From positions 528,759 through 592,758 of the forward strand of contig CM082593.2 in NCBI GenBank assembly GCA_040954595.2: a DNA stretch of 64,000 nt, written 5' to 3'. Of the stretch, positions 48,190 through 61,818 are shown piece by piece. Below the pieces are notes generated by a model. The model ran no database searches. It saw only the letters and a list, made by a program, of their open reading frames with translations, and had not been told where the DNA came from. The stretch is from Balanoglossus misakiensis. Taxonomy: Eukaryota > Animalia > Hemichordata. Position numbers and translations under genes: made by a program. Numbering within the stretch: the stretch's first letter is position 1; every line of letters starts with the position of its first letter.

Positions 48190-51100
48190 TTACAAAGACA
48201 TGGCATCATTCAGGAAGGTGTCCAGTTCTTTCGTGTGGGTTTGTTTGTTTCCAGTTGCCGTGGAAGCAGCAGGTTGGCGACCACAATAGCTGTAAAGAAC
48301 ATGGTAAAAGAGCATGTGAATTAATGGTTGTAACCATCTGAGGTGTAAGGGGGTGAAAGGATTAAGTCACAAAGACACATCAACCTTTCCCGAAATGACA
48401 GCTTCTTACCGGAATCGTCTTTCTCGGTTAAGGGCAGTAGACCAACGTGGCTGCACATAGCTCCAAGCGCCCATATTCTTGTGTTCTTCCTGAACCCACA
48501 TCAGTTTGGCATTGAAGTACTTGTTGGTTTCTTCCTTCACCAAGTCAAATGGGAACGGTGCAATCTGATGAGAATTAAGGATAAATGTTAACGTTCTGAC
48601 ACTGGCCATTGCAGCATACAATTTGTATGAATGAAATTATCAAACATCTTCACAGGATGCTGAATTTCGCTGGTATTCTGAACAGGACTTCTGAAACTCA
48701 CCTGTTCAATTCTGCTGATGGCAATATCACCGGTCAGTCCCATCTCATCACGCCTTTTGATCAAATCGTAGTAGACACGTCCAGTACACAGAAGAAGTTT
48801 CTTGGTTGTCTCTGGATTCTCAGATGCAGGACCATCTTCAAAGTACATTCGCTGGAATTCAGTGCCTGTCGCAACGCAACAAAAAAACCTATGAAAATTC
48901 CTGATCAACCTGAAAAACATACATGGAGCCTTGTTTAACACACAATATACATCTCCATTGAAACAAACAAAGTGACCAACCTTCTTTCATCTCATGCATG
49001 GAAGATCTTGCTTCAGGCAAACGAAGCAAACTCTTGGGTGTCATCATGATCAGCTGGAAGAATTCAACACAAAGCGGTGCATGGTAAGTAGAATGCAAAT
49101 AGCTTGAATGAACTTCATTGTAAATAGTTTGTATATTCATACATTCATGTCACACATTAATATACACATGAAGCAATGAGGAAACTATAAGATATACAAA
49201 ACAAAACTCACAGGCTTTCTGAATGGTAATGCAATCTGCCTGCGCAGAGCATGGAAGTAGTTGGCAGGTGTACTGCAGTTCAGGATCTGCATGTTACAAT
49301 GCTGCAGCTGCTGGATGGCAAACTGGTCGATGTCGTAATACGGGATGACGTCAGCATCATCGTTGCTCATCTGCAGGAAACGCTCTGGGCGAGCGCTAGA
49401 GTGTTCTGGACCCTAAAAGTTGAAAGTTGTAAAAAAGAATTTATTGGAGTGTTGCTAAAGAACAGTGTTATGTCTATGTAGATTGCGTAAACCCTAAGAC
49501 AGTAGTCAAATTTGATATTCAAGATGGCCGCCAGTCAAATTGTCTCAAAGTTGAAATTCAAGATGGCCACCACTCTCTGTGTTAACTCTATGGGAGAAAA
49601 CTTTAGCAACAGCACAGTGTTACATACTTGTATTCAAAAGCCACAACATTGCTTAGTTCACTTACCATGCCTTCATATCCATGGGGTAACAGCATAACCA
49701 GTCCACTCTGCCTGATCCATTTGGCCTGGCCGCTGCTGATGAACTGATCAATGATGCACTGAGATGTGTTGGAAAAATCACCAAACTGGGCCTCCCAGCA
49801 CACCAGGGCATTGGGGTTAGTCATGGAGAAACCAAGCTCAAATCCTGAAATGGCAAAATGAAAGACAGTGGGAAAATGTAGACAGAAATATGCTACAATA
49901 ATATCTCAACCTCATATACTGAAAACCATGTTTAAATTCTTCTAATTAAAGAAGTCTTGTATTAACAACTGATAAACTGACAGAAAATTATTTGCAGGCT
50001 CTCAGCCGGTTCAATAAATTCCTAAAGATCCTGTACATATATCCATTGTAATCCCAAGCATCATTAAATTCTCATATCTGTGTTTTCATATCTGTTTCTT
50101 ACTTACCCAGCACACCAAATTCTGACAGTGAGCTGTTACACACAGTGTAGCTGGCTTGCTCCTTCCACAAATGATTCAATGGTACAGTTGTCACTTTATC
50201 TTTGGCTTGATGATGCAGTACATGATGACGATGACTGTGCATTGAGAAAAAGTAGAGTTCATCAGAATAAATGCCAAAGATAGCACCGCAATAGGTCATT
50301 GCAATGTCCAGTATTCAAACTCAACAGCAACGGTTGGCCCAGCCCCTTTGAAAGCATTCTTCCATGCTATTACATTTGACAGATGGTAATCTTTGGTTGA
50401 CTTTCCAGGAATCTTGTATTTACCTGAAGGTTCCTCTTTCAACATCCTGACCACTTAACCTGACATGAATTCCATCCTTCAGAAGAGATCCAAATGCCAT
50501 GGCTTCTCCAAGAGCCCAGTCAACTCTCTCGTTCTTGATGAGTTCACCTCTTGACTTGAGAATACGCTTCAGACCTGCCAGCAGAAGATGTTGGATTTGA
50601 TAGTTATCACACAACGTCACGTCAACGTATCCAATCAAACAGACATATTATATTTATCATCTGACTCTTAGAACCATACTTCATTAATCACAAAACCACA
50701 CAGAAACAGACACAGACACACACCCCAAGAGACCATGACAAAACTCAAATTCCGTACATCAGACAAAAATGGCTACAGACAATAGTTGGCATACAAAAAC
50801 CATAGACACAAATCACATATAGAATGCCTTTTGCAGAACTGTCTATTAAACTCACCTCCATGTACTACAAAGTCGTGAGGCAAAGCACTAAAAGCTTTGC
50901 CAATGTGTTTCAGAGTCTCCATCTCCACACCAGTCTGCGGATACTGGAGTTCTACATCCTTGAAGAAACCTCTCCAAGGCGAGTCCAACCATTCACGATT
51001 CAGAATCTGTGTCTCTCTCTTTGCATTTACAAATGCCTCTTCGCAGATTCTATCGTAATTGGCCTCTTCTTCCTGTCATTGAGAAATTAAAAAAAAAATA

Positions 51101-54100
51101 ATTTAAACACTACAAATTAAATAAAGTGAGCTTGTGACATTGCTTCTATGTTGATCATAGATGCATCAGAATTCCAGGAGATGAACAAATGCATTTCAGG
51201 AGTTGAAAACATGACTTGGCAATCTCACCTCAAATTCCTGTTGTGTCATCACTCCTTCGTTAATCTTTGCTCTGGAGTAGCGTTTCAAGCAATGAGGGTG
51301 CTCGCGGATCTTCCTGTACATCAGTGGTTGTGTAAACATAGGTTCATCAAGTTCATTGTGTCCATGTCGTCTGTAGCACACCAGATCAATGACCACATCT
51401 TTTCCAAACTCAGCTCTCCACTCGGACGCAACTTGACACACATACATTACGGCTTCAGGGTCATCGGCATTGACGTGGAAAATGGGAGCGTTGACGACTC
51501 TAGCGACGTCAGTACAGTAGGGGGAAGATCTTGCACGACGAGGGTCAGTGGTAAATCCAATCTGTGGAAAGGAAAGTTTGAAACATATTGAGTGTCTTTA
51601 CCAAGAAGAGGTACCTTGTATATTTGGCACACTACATGTATGTACATGATTTGTTTATTACAACATAAGGTGACGTGAATGTCTCACGTTACTGAAAACC
51701 ATATTTACCTGGTTGTTGACGACAACGTGGATGGTGCCATGAACAGTGTACTCTGGCAAGTCTGACAAATGGAAAGTCTCGTACACCACACCTTGGCCGG
51801 AGAAGGCTGCATCACCGTGGATCAGTACACTCATCACCTGTCAAGATCATCATTGTTAGTGGTTACACCAAATGTCAGATTCCACACATGGTCAAGTAAT
51901 TATCATCACTGTACAATACACATTCACAAAGTGTACACACACACACACAAACTCACATCAATAAAGAGTCGCAGACCTACAAAAGGGCTAGGTAGTAACT
52001 CCCACACATCAAAACACTCACCCGTTGGCCGTTATCGTCACCCTTGTAAAACTGCTCAGCTCTGGCTTTGCCCTGAACGACCGGGTCCACGGCTTCTAAA
52101 TGAGATGGATTGGCCACCACAGCCAAGTGAACCGTCTTGTTTGTGATGTGGTTGAATCTGTCGTGGGCCATTCCAAGATGGTACTTCACGTCTCCAGAGC
52201 CTTCATCGGCCGCTTCAAGTTTAGAATCAAACTGACAAAACAGCTGCTCTAGTGGCTTACGACAAACGTTAGCAAGAACATTCAGGCGACCCCTATGATA
52301 AGAAAAACAGTTCACTGTCTAGGGTTAAAAACTTCTTACACTAAAATGTTGCCAAATGCAACAGAAATGCAAAATTTCTTTGCGTTTGGGCGATTCACGA
52401 GTTACAGGGTGTATTTACCTGTGTGGCATTCCAAAGATGAAACTTTCCACTCCTTTGGCACTGCAGTGATCAATGATACACTTCAATGCGGGCACCAATA
52501 CTTCACATCCTTCGAGACCAAATCTCTTCTCAGAAGACCACTTCCTGGCAAGGAACTCCTCAAACCTACCACAACAATGTCAAAGTAAAAATCAAAGCTT
52601 CATGGAATTTGGAGTTTCAAACTTCTTTCAACCTTCAATGACTCCCAGTGGTGGGTTACAGCAACAGCCTTTTCAAGGACTTGCAAGGAACATACATTCC
52701 ACATGCGCATTCCCAGACACAACGCAGGGTTGTTTTTATACTATACCTAGTGGCCCGGATCAATCTTTCCAGGATTAATCTCTTATCCATCTTGGTGAAC
52801 TTCATGGAATTGGGAGTTTCAAACTTCTTCCTGATCCAGTCACATTGTTGTTTGTCATTGATGAACATGAACTCAACACCAATGTGTCGGCAGTAGGAAT
52901 CCTACAGATAGCCAGCAAAAGTCATCAGACCATATGTGTGCGAGTCTGTCTCTGTCTCTATTTTTTTTTTACCTCTCTATTAAGTTTTTTATCTACTATA
53001 GAATTTCATGCAAGGCAGTCCATGGAATGAATTCAAACACCAGTCTACACAGAACATCTGTGAACAGGGGTTCGGAATAGAGAGGTATACATTAAGACAG
53101 AGCTCACTGAACTGTATAAACAGCTACCCTTTCCCACAAAACACAAAGAAATAATTTTATATTGCAAACTTCCAGGTCATTTTGACTTTTTCTCCTTCTA
53201 CTGTTACCTCAAGTCTCTGAATAATGTCCTTCAGAGGCAGAGCCGATTGCTTTCCACCGATGTAAGTTGTCTGTGGCAGAGTGAACACTCTTTCCAAGTC
53301 AGCTTGACCTAGAGTAAAAAGAATACATCAGCAGTTTTGTCATGCTTATATTTGTGGTATGTTTTGCTTTGTTTGTGTAAATAAGACTGAAAAGGCTACA
53401 CTGTGACCTCCAAATGGGGACAATGCACTCACATGTAACCTGGCAATGGGTGGTGAATCCTGTCTGACTCCAATAATATTTCAATGAAATGACTCTCTTT
53501 TTCAATGATTCCCAATTGTAAATATCACACAAGACTCACAAGGGAAGTGTCAAATGATATTGCTGGTAGTGTGAATTGCTATGAAAGTGTATAAACAAAT
53601 GAGTATCAAGGCCAACATAGCAGATGGTACTTCTGTTGTAATATACCAATGTGCACAATGCACTCGGGGATCCATCAAAGACAAAATTAATATGATCATA
53701 TCTGCAACATAGTCAGCTGCAGAAATCATACTTACAAATACTGGATCAAACTGAAATCAAACTATTATATCAGTACCACAGACATTTATTATCATATCAC
53801 TTCCAAAAGCTCACCATACAATGAATTGAACGTAGAAAATAGGTAAACAGAGAGGTATCAACTCAGGCTCCGGGTGATGGACCTGTCTGATGATTAATCC
53901 AATACATGTACATCATCGGTGCGACCTTTGTCCGTACATGGCCACATTTTATGAACAAGTATCAATAAAAGGTGATAAGATTGTCACTAGATGTATTATA
54001 AAGAAGTAGAAATCATGAAGAATATTAGAAAATCATCTTTTGTGCCTGTGTTGTGCTGGTAACAGCTGTGATGTAAAAGACATCATCTGGGAGGTGTTGA

Positions 54101-57100
54101 AGGTATGTATTGTACTCTTGTAACGGTACAATTGTACACACAGTTCTACTTCTAGTTGATCTGACACAGTCAAACACACACGACTGACACATAGAAAGTG
54201 ACAATTCCCTGTCAACTGATCTGACTGTAAGGAAAAACATACTGACATCACAAGCACAGATATCGTGAAGACCAATATCAACAGAGGACAGTAGAAAACT
54301 GTGTGTTTCGATACACACGGGTAAATAAACCTCACCCTGGTACAAATCACAGAAATTGAAACAAAATAGAAATACTATAATCTACAGATCTACGTGTATA
54401 GATGTACCAAGGTTTCAATCTTACCTAACCAGGTTAACTCTGCAGGAATAACTTTGGCTGCATGAAGGTAATGTTACAAGAGAGAAGAGGAAAAAAACAC
54501 AAACAGAGACATCAGTAGGATTACATGGTGTCAATAAAAATAAAGAATGAAAATAAAATAAATGTAAATATGTGTCTTTCACAAAAAATGAGTGTTGTCA
54601 ACAGGGAAGACCATGTGTGAAATGAATATGCTCCAGACACACACACAGATAGGCATGCAGACACACAAAGTATGGCATTAGCTGCGAATGAGTGAAAGGT
54701 TTCCTCCTCCAGTTTTGAAGGGAAAATAGAGAAAATATTTAATCACAAGAAGATGCGTTGTCAGTAGGAATCTGTAGTGTTATGGAATGATAAGAGAAGC
54801 AAAGTGTAAATGCGATGCAAGCAGAGCAGGAAGCCGTGGTTTAGGCATTTAGATTTGAAATAATCAAACAGCTGCTACAATCCTTATTTTCTTCTATGTA
54901 TGCATGTTTGTGTGCAATTATATGTGTGCTTTCAAGGTACCACTACATCTACCAGTAGTAGTAGAGTACCAGGTGGTTTTAATCAAATTTATTTCCATGT
55001 TTCTGATATACTATGATAAAGACCAGCATCTACCAGTACGTTATCAGCTGGTGTTACATAAGACCCATTGTCTCAATAAACTCACTGGTGACTGAGGAAA
55101 ATCATGCTTGTTAGAGAGCACATATATCAGAACCCATAACCTTATCAAATTGGTGTCACCATTTTCAGAGGCTGGCGTGTCGCTAAGAGAAAGAAATAGC
55201 CTTGTATTGTTACAGCGAGGCATAGCATGAGATGCGGCAGTGAAGGTCGGGGTAAGGTCATGTCAAACAAGGTTAGAAATATCAGTTATCTCTCAAAACA
55301 TCTGTGAGGAAAAGACAGATCCGCACGGCTATTGAATTCAGGTCACCTGTCTAAACTGACAGATATTTTCTGGACACAAATGAGAGGAGGTTCCAATACG
55401 CACCTAATTTATAATGTTGCAGAGTGAGCTCTGTTGGGACGTTATCGTCCAGATCAGCAGAGCTAATTCCAAGAGGGTCCAGTTTGGCGATGTTATGGCC
55501 ACGGATCTACAAGACAACATGAATATTAAAGGTTACATCACTATCTTCTTCAAAATCATTTGCAAGCTTCTCCAAACTCACAGGGTACATTTACAAGAAC
55601 TGAGATGTTTCAAGAGAAAGCCTAGAAAACCTGCATACGTGACATCACAGGCCAATGAAGCGAAAAAGAACTACCAGTTTTTAGACTCTCAGTCAAACAA
55701 CCTAAGAAAAACTTTGCATCTTAGCAACAGTTGCCAAGCAACTTGAATCCTGTGTACCTGATAAGCCCTGATGATGTTCTGCACGACAAGATGATCTTCA
55801 ATCAACTGCCTGTCCACTGTGACCGCCACCGCTGGTGATGTTGGTACTTGGGCGCCTGTCGGGGTTTGCATTGGTATTGTAATAGGTGCTGGAGTCTCGT
55901 AAGCTGAGCCAGGCATAGCACCTTCCTGAGCATTTCGAAAAAATATGTCCCATGACTGTAAATGTACAAGAAAAAAGAATGGTCAGTTTGAAAAGTGAAT
56001 ATACACTTAACTCCAGAATTAAAGGCTCAAAATTCACAAGATAGCCTTATAAACAAACCTGGGGATAAACACAAACACAGATATACATGTAGGAATGTGC
56101 ATGCTTTTCTAAAAGTTTTGCTACAGCTTCTCATTTATCAAATAAGTATTTTCTTTTATATGTAGATGTACCGTGTGGGTGTGCACGTACAGGGGGTAAG
56201 GTACATGTACTATCAGTCTGTCATAAAGTCAGTCTGACAAACTTGTTCAAACACATCTCATTTGTTGTCTTGCTGTCAAGACTTCACTGCAAATTGCAAT
56301 ATCACAACTTTCTGATGTGGAAAACTGAGTAGCAAAGTTCAACTTTGAAATAGACACATATTATCCTGTTAGCAAAGAATAATTTATGCTCTTATGTGAA
56401 TATTACAAAATTATAAATTTGAAATCCTTTGTACTGAAAGGGCAGAAAATATATATATATATATATATGAGTTCCAGCACCATTGGACAAAAATCTCTGA
56501 CTTCTTCAACTTTGCTTGGCTGGGAACAATAGAATCCCAAAAATCTGCAGTCGCTATGCCGTGTATATCATAAAGGTAACAAGGTCAGAGGTCAACAGCC
56601 ATCATGTGCATTTGTACACCTACCAGAATATCACACTGAAAATTGGGTCACAGTATGCAGTCTGAATTTGGAAAACTTTGGGCTGTTGCTCTTTTTTTTG
56701 TATAATTTAAGAGGAAGTTTGAAGGTAAAAATACCACATCATAAATATAGTCAAGCTGCTTGTAATGTGTCATTGTTCTTCATGTTTAAAAAAGTTTAAT
56801 TGCCTTGCCCGATTTTGCATACAATAGGCAGTCTGGCTATTTTAGTCTCAGTTTAAATTCCTGGTAACAAGGTGACCGCTGGTGATTTCCATTTCATGCG
56901 ACCACATCAGGTAGACTGATAACTGTTATCTGGGAAGAACTCTATCGTTGGCATACATGCATGGTATACATACATGTACCATATGTACCTTCACATTCAA
57001 ATCAAATGATAAAGATGTGTGGTACCCGGAACACCCAGATAGACTACTGTTGATTTACATAACAATCACATAATTGTTATGATGTTTCTATTTCAATAAA

Positions 57101-57673
57101 ATGGTATCAGATGACTTGTGACCCATTCACACGCTTTCCAAGTAATCAACCTAGTATTTTATCTTCTTTGGCATTATTAAATAATGTGTATATATAGATG
57201 ATCTATACAAAGCCAATGTTGTACTCACTTGGTCATGTCATAGGGGCTGGGTTCACACGTACACATACGTCAGCCAACTAAAATTGGGCATGAGGCGACA
57301 CCAATTTTGCATGGGATTGAGCAAACTTAGGATACACCATCATGGCAATCTCGCATGATCTATGATGTTCATATTATTTTAAGTATCTTCACTTTCACCG
57401 TCAGAGATGACACGACGGTGAAAATGAATGATTAATTAAATTTGCTTCGTGTGTGTATGTTGCCCTCACCTTATGTACACTATTCGGGTCGTCCAGCCAT
57501 TGCTCGTACATTTGTTCAACGTACATTGAACTAGTCCCGTTTAAAAAAGGTTCCGTGGCCACAGGTGCCACATATCGTCTCTTTTGTACCCCGAAGGCAC
57601 CACACAACCTTGTAGTCCTTTCGTGGGCCAATAAAGGCCTTAACGTCTGAAGGAAAGTCTTAACTCTGTACAT
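48190..57673 (-). CDS. OGDH: 2-oxoglutarate dehydrogenase E1 component, mitochondrial (OGDH/OGDHL pro-ortholog)
   Basis: [76 protein letters not shown] (TPP motif), [51 protein letters not shown]. First exons 57470-57673, 55758-55955, 55404-55506, 53208-53308; stop TAA at 48190-48192. Confidence 0.98.
54425..54457 (-). other. Candidate 33-nt alternative cassette exon of OGDH ([11 protein letters not shown])
   Basis: Acceptor ttttttcctcttctctcttgtaacattaccttcatgcag, donor TTAG|gtaagat. Frame-preserving and open in the phase-1 frame of the host intron. Confidence 0.6.
55086..55091 (-). other. Candidate 6-nt microexon of OGDH (TCACCA)
   Basis: gtgctctctaacaagcatgattttcctcag|TCACCA|gtgagt: CTAAC branch point, pyrimidine tract, consensus donor; frame-preserving. 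Confidence 0.5.
56448..56468. repeat. (AT)n microsatellite
   Basis: Run of alternating AT in OGDH intron 1. Confidence 0.85.
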
Positions 57674-58886
57674 TTCGAGCTGTCTTTATGGAGACCTCAA
57701 TATTGAGGACACTTGATCGCAGAATCGTGAACTACGTGCTTATTTCACACAAGGATTTTTGTCGGGAAATTTCTGTATTCTCGGCTGTGGAACGTGTATC
57801 CCGTTCGAATAGATATTCACCCTCAGCAGAGTTGATTCCAATTTCCTTGGGACAGTTACGTTCCAGGTAGAAACTTCTATTTTGTGCGCGAGTTCCTAGA
57901 AGGTTTCCACGAGATTTCACAAATTCCACCAGTTACGTTGTAGCGCCTGGCGTGCGTTGTCAATTTCAACATAAAAATCTTCGATGACACCGTTTCTTCC
58001 ACAGTTTTCTTGTCGAATGACCAAACACAATCACTGTGCACTGATATCACATACAGGAGGAAACACTCTGTCGATCTCGGCAAAAATTACAGCTTGAAAC
58101 ACGTATGCGATTGACGACAGTGCACTGACCGCTACGCTAAGGGCTTTTACACAATATGCAAAACTGACATGACCTCTGATGATATGCACATGCGCGGCTA
58201 AAACGTGTAAAAGCCTTTTTGATTGGCTACCACTAGACGAGCCCCTTTTCATGTTACATTACCATGGCAACCATTCTACCTGAGCAATAATTTTTCTGAA
58301 CGTCTTATACCTTCACTTGAAGGGAAAAGAAGCTAATACGACGATAAAATGAAGGATTAAAACCATCCTAAATTGATTGACCGGGCCATATGTTTTCTAA
58401 AAAGGCCAATCATAGTGTCCCTTATTGAAGTAATTTTGTCGCACTGAGAAAAGCCGCGTAAATCCAACCTGCGCAAGCCTCGGGAACCCCGCCCTCTCTA
58501 CTGTACCGGCATCGTAAATCAGAGACAAATACAGCCGACATACACTACAAACTGTAATATAGTATACAGCAGTTGAAATAAACATATTACACAATTCGAT
58601 ACATGTGTGACCATAATGGCTTTGACGTCTAATAGTTAGATTCTTAATCATTATGTCGGTGCAGGCACATAACCATTAATGGCTACCAACGTGACAGGCT
58701 ATCAATGTCCATCATGGGTTAATGTTTCGATCAGGTGATCACAACTCGTGACTAGCACTAGACTTTGTTTTGTAGGCCATTTTAAGATGTAGTCGTTCCA
58801 AAAGCAAACGCTGTTTGTAATCACAGTTCAACTTTTATGTGAATGTGAGTAGTCTTCAACTTTGAATCTCATCTCAACTTGCTACC
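57674..58886. promoter_or_regulatory. Divergent promoter region of OGDH and SLC15A4
   Basis: CpG-enriched 1.2 kb between divergent ATGs. NRF1-like tgcacatgcgcg (58185-58196), CCAAT boxes (~58222, ~58405), GC box ccccgccc (~58487). Confidence 0.55.
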
Positions 58887-61818
58887 ATGGCAACCAACTC
58901 CAGTGACATGAATGAGATAGGTCTTGCAGAACAGCAGGAAGAATACAACGCTGTGGATGCAGCCGTCATGCACGAGAAAAGACCGCTGATATTGGAGGAT
59001 GATGGTGACAGTAATGGTAATAGGCAAGATGAGAAAACAGAAGATGTGACAGCAACATCCAAAACATCAGTATCATTCAAAAGCAAAAGAGAAAGATTGC
59101 TAGTGACCATTTGCATATTATGTACAGAGCTTTGTGAAAGGTTGACATACTACAGCATCTCAGCAAATTTAGTTTTATTCTGTACTAGTGAGTTAGATTT
59201 CACCAACCAGGATGCTCTGACGATCAGTTTTGTCTTCACCGGTACATCATACTTTGTTCCAATCATTGGTGGTTTCATCGCTGATTCTATTGCTGGGAAG
59301 TTCAATGCTATTTATGGATCAGCCCTCATTTACTTTCTTGGTAAGTGTGTGTGCCTTGAGTGGCTTTGCTCATGTATCAGTTTGATCAACATACAGAGCT
59401 GTGAATAACAAAAATTGTGTAATATATATTTTTTCCAACCAGGTGCAATATTACTTCCAGTGGTAGCTATACCCTTTCTTGATTTAAGCGATGGTACGCA
59501 CACACTGACCACAGAACAGCAGCGGTTCTATTACCTGTTTGGGTTGACACTCATCGCCATAGGAACAGGTGGCATCAAGTCAAATGTGGGTCCATTTGGA
59601 GCGCAACAAACAGAAGATCTTGGTCCAAGTGCGGTTCAAACCTTCTTTAGCTGGTGAGAATGGCTTTGTCATCACTATATATACACATTTTAGCATGATG
59701 TAGGGAGTAGAACAAGAAATTGTAGTGGTGCCTCCACTGTTATACATGGAACAAAACTGATATAAAAGATGGACAAAAGTCAAAGCTAATGAATTGGTAT
59801 GACCATACTGTTTCCATGGGAACTGATTGCCAATTGACAACTCTCTCACAGGTTTTATTGGTTCATCAATGTTGGATCAGCGGTCGCGTTTTCTGTTGTG
59901 GCGTACATTCAACAGGAAGTTAGTTTTGTCATTGGATATCTCATCCCAGCTGTCACTATTTTCCTTGCCATTGTGTTGTTTTTGATTGGAAGGAAAAGTT
60001 ACTTCATCCGACCACCAGAAGGTAGTTGTTTACAGACTTGTCTTACAATTGATTTCAAGGATCAGGTTAACAATGTGTCATGTTCATCTTTCAATAAGGC
60101 ACCAGTGCCCACTAATTCTTTGTCATTGCAAGTACCTGCAGGTACTGATATTAATATATCAATATCTGGTATTATGTGCTTGATCTCCAGGAAGTGCATA
60201 TTCCAGAGTTGTAAAGATCATCGGCCAAAGTGCAAAGCGAATCCGTTCCAAATCTTTAAGTGGACACGAAGTGGAAAGTTGTCTGGATAGAGCCAAGGAA
60301 GCGAATGGTGGAAGTTACAAAGATGTTCATGTTGAGGAAGTCAAGGCTATCGTCCGGATCATTCCCGTTTTTCTGACCATCATTCCATACTGGACTGTCT
60401 ACTTCCAGGTAGAAAATAGCAGAATTGATTTTGTAAATATTTTTGATGTTGAGAATTCATGAAGATTTTTAGAAGTTGAATAAATATTTTCATGTTTGGT
60501 TGTATGTTTTTCAAGTGCCAGAAATTACCAAGTACCTCTCTTTTTCACCTTGTTCAAACAGATGCAATCAACATACTTCTTACAAGGGATGGTTCTCAAC
60601 CTGGAGCTCAGTGACAATTTTATGATGCCAATATCAGCACTGAATTTATTCAATATTGCAATAATATTAATAATGATCCCTCTGATGGATAGACTTGTGT
60701 ACCCATGCCTTGAAAAGAAAGGATTAAATTTTACTCAATTGAGACGAATAGGTGAGTGTGTAGACAGATTTTCCTCAATCACTACTAGTTTAATTACATG
60801 TATAGAACTCTGTCTACATGTTCAGACAGCTAATAAATTATTTGAACCATTTTTACACCAGCATAAAAATTATGAAACTCATGAGGATTTGTTTTTAAAT
60901 GAATATGCTTTTAGTACTCATCTTTCTGATGATTCCCATTGAATCATTAACTCTGCAGGATTTGGAATGATTCTGGCCACATCCTCTGTGGTTGCAGCAG
61001 GTATTGTGGAAATATTTCGTAAAGAAGACGTTCATTCAGGAATACCTAGAGAGCAGATCATCAACGATGAGATCTATTATGCTTCAAACATCAGTATCTT
61101 TGTGCAAATACCACAGTTCACTTTAATTGGAGCAAGTGAAATATTCACGTCAATTACTGGTGAGTATTTTACAGATTCAAATATAAGCTTTGTCATTTTA
61201 TAGCCCTTTTAGTCAAAAAGTTGGTTACTCTTGTCAAATATATTTTCCTCTAACTGATATGATTATATGTTGTGATTCTACTTAGGTTTGGAATTTGCAT
61301 ATTCCCAATCTCCGGCTTCCATGCAGGGCGTTGTCATGGGAATGTTTCTACTCACATCCGGACTTGGAAGTTATCTGGGATCACTTCTTGTTACCATAGT
61401 AAATGCTGCTTCACAACGTAAGATTTTTAAGTCCTTAAAATCTGCCAAAACAATGGCTATGTTATGCATAGCTACACATACATTAGAAATATATCATTTC
61501 ATCAGCAAAAATGACTAGCTTCTAGTACGTCATTCTCACAGCTCGAACTTCTTTTCAGCTAATAAATGGTTGCCAGACACAGACATCAACAATGGTTTCA
61601 TGGAACGGTTCTTCTTCCTGCTGGGAATCATCATGATCGTTGATTTCATCGCATTTGTTGTCATAGCAATGAAGTACACCTATGTTGCAAAAGAGGAACC
61701 TTTGCCTCTAGACACATCGACCACGACCTCACAGAGTAAATATGGAACTGTGAATCATGGGATTGATGTCAGTGGTGATGGACAGCTGTCAATCAAACCT
61801 GATGACACAACAGTCTGA
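58887..61818 (+). CDS. SLC15A4: SLC15 (POT/PTR family) peptide/histidine transporter, SLC15A4-like, 8 exons
   Basis: Exons 58887-59340, 59443-59653, 59852-60021, 60191-60408, 60562-60751, 60959-61159, 61286-61417, 61559-61818. Motifs ELCERLTYY (ExxER), GGFIADS, GTGGIKSNVGPFGAQQ, FFSWFYWFINVGS, QIPQFTLIGASEIF, EFAYSQSPASMQG; N-terminal dileucine EKRPLI. Confidence 0.9.

Noticed and set aside
51148-52146. Long + strand ORFs (147 aa, 125 aa) opposite OGDH
   Set aside because: Antisense shadows of OGDH coding exons.
54025-54350. Two overlapping ~105-aa minus-strand ORFs in the long OGDH intron, considered as a mutually exclusive copy of the Ca2+-site exon
   Set aside because: No RGHxxAxLDPL similarity, low-complexity Cys/Val-rich translation, and the phase does not fit the intron.
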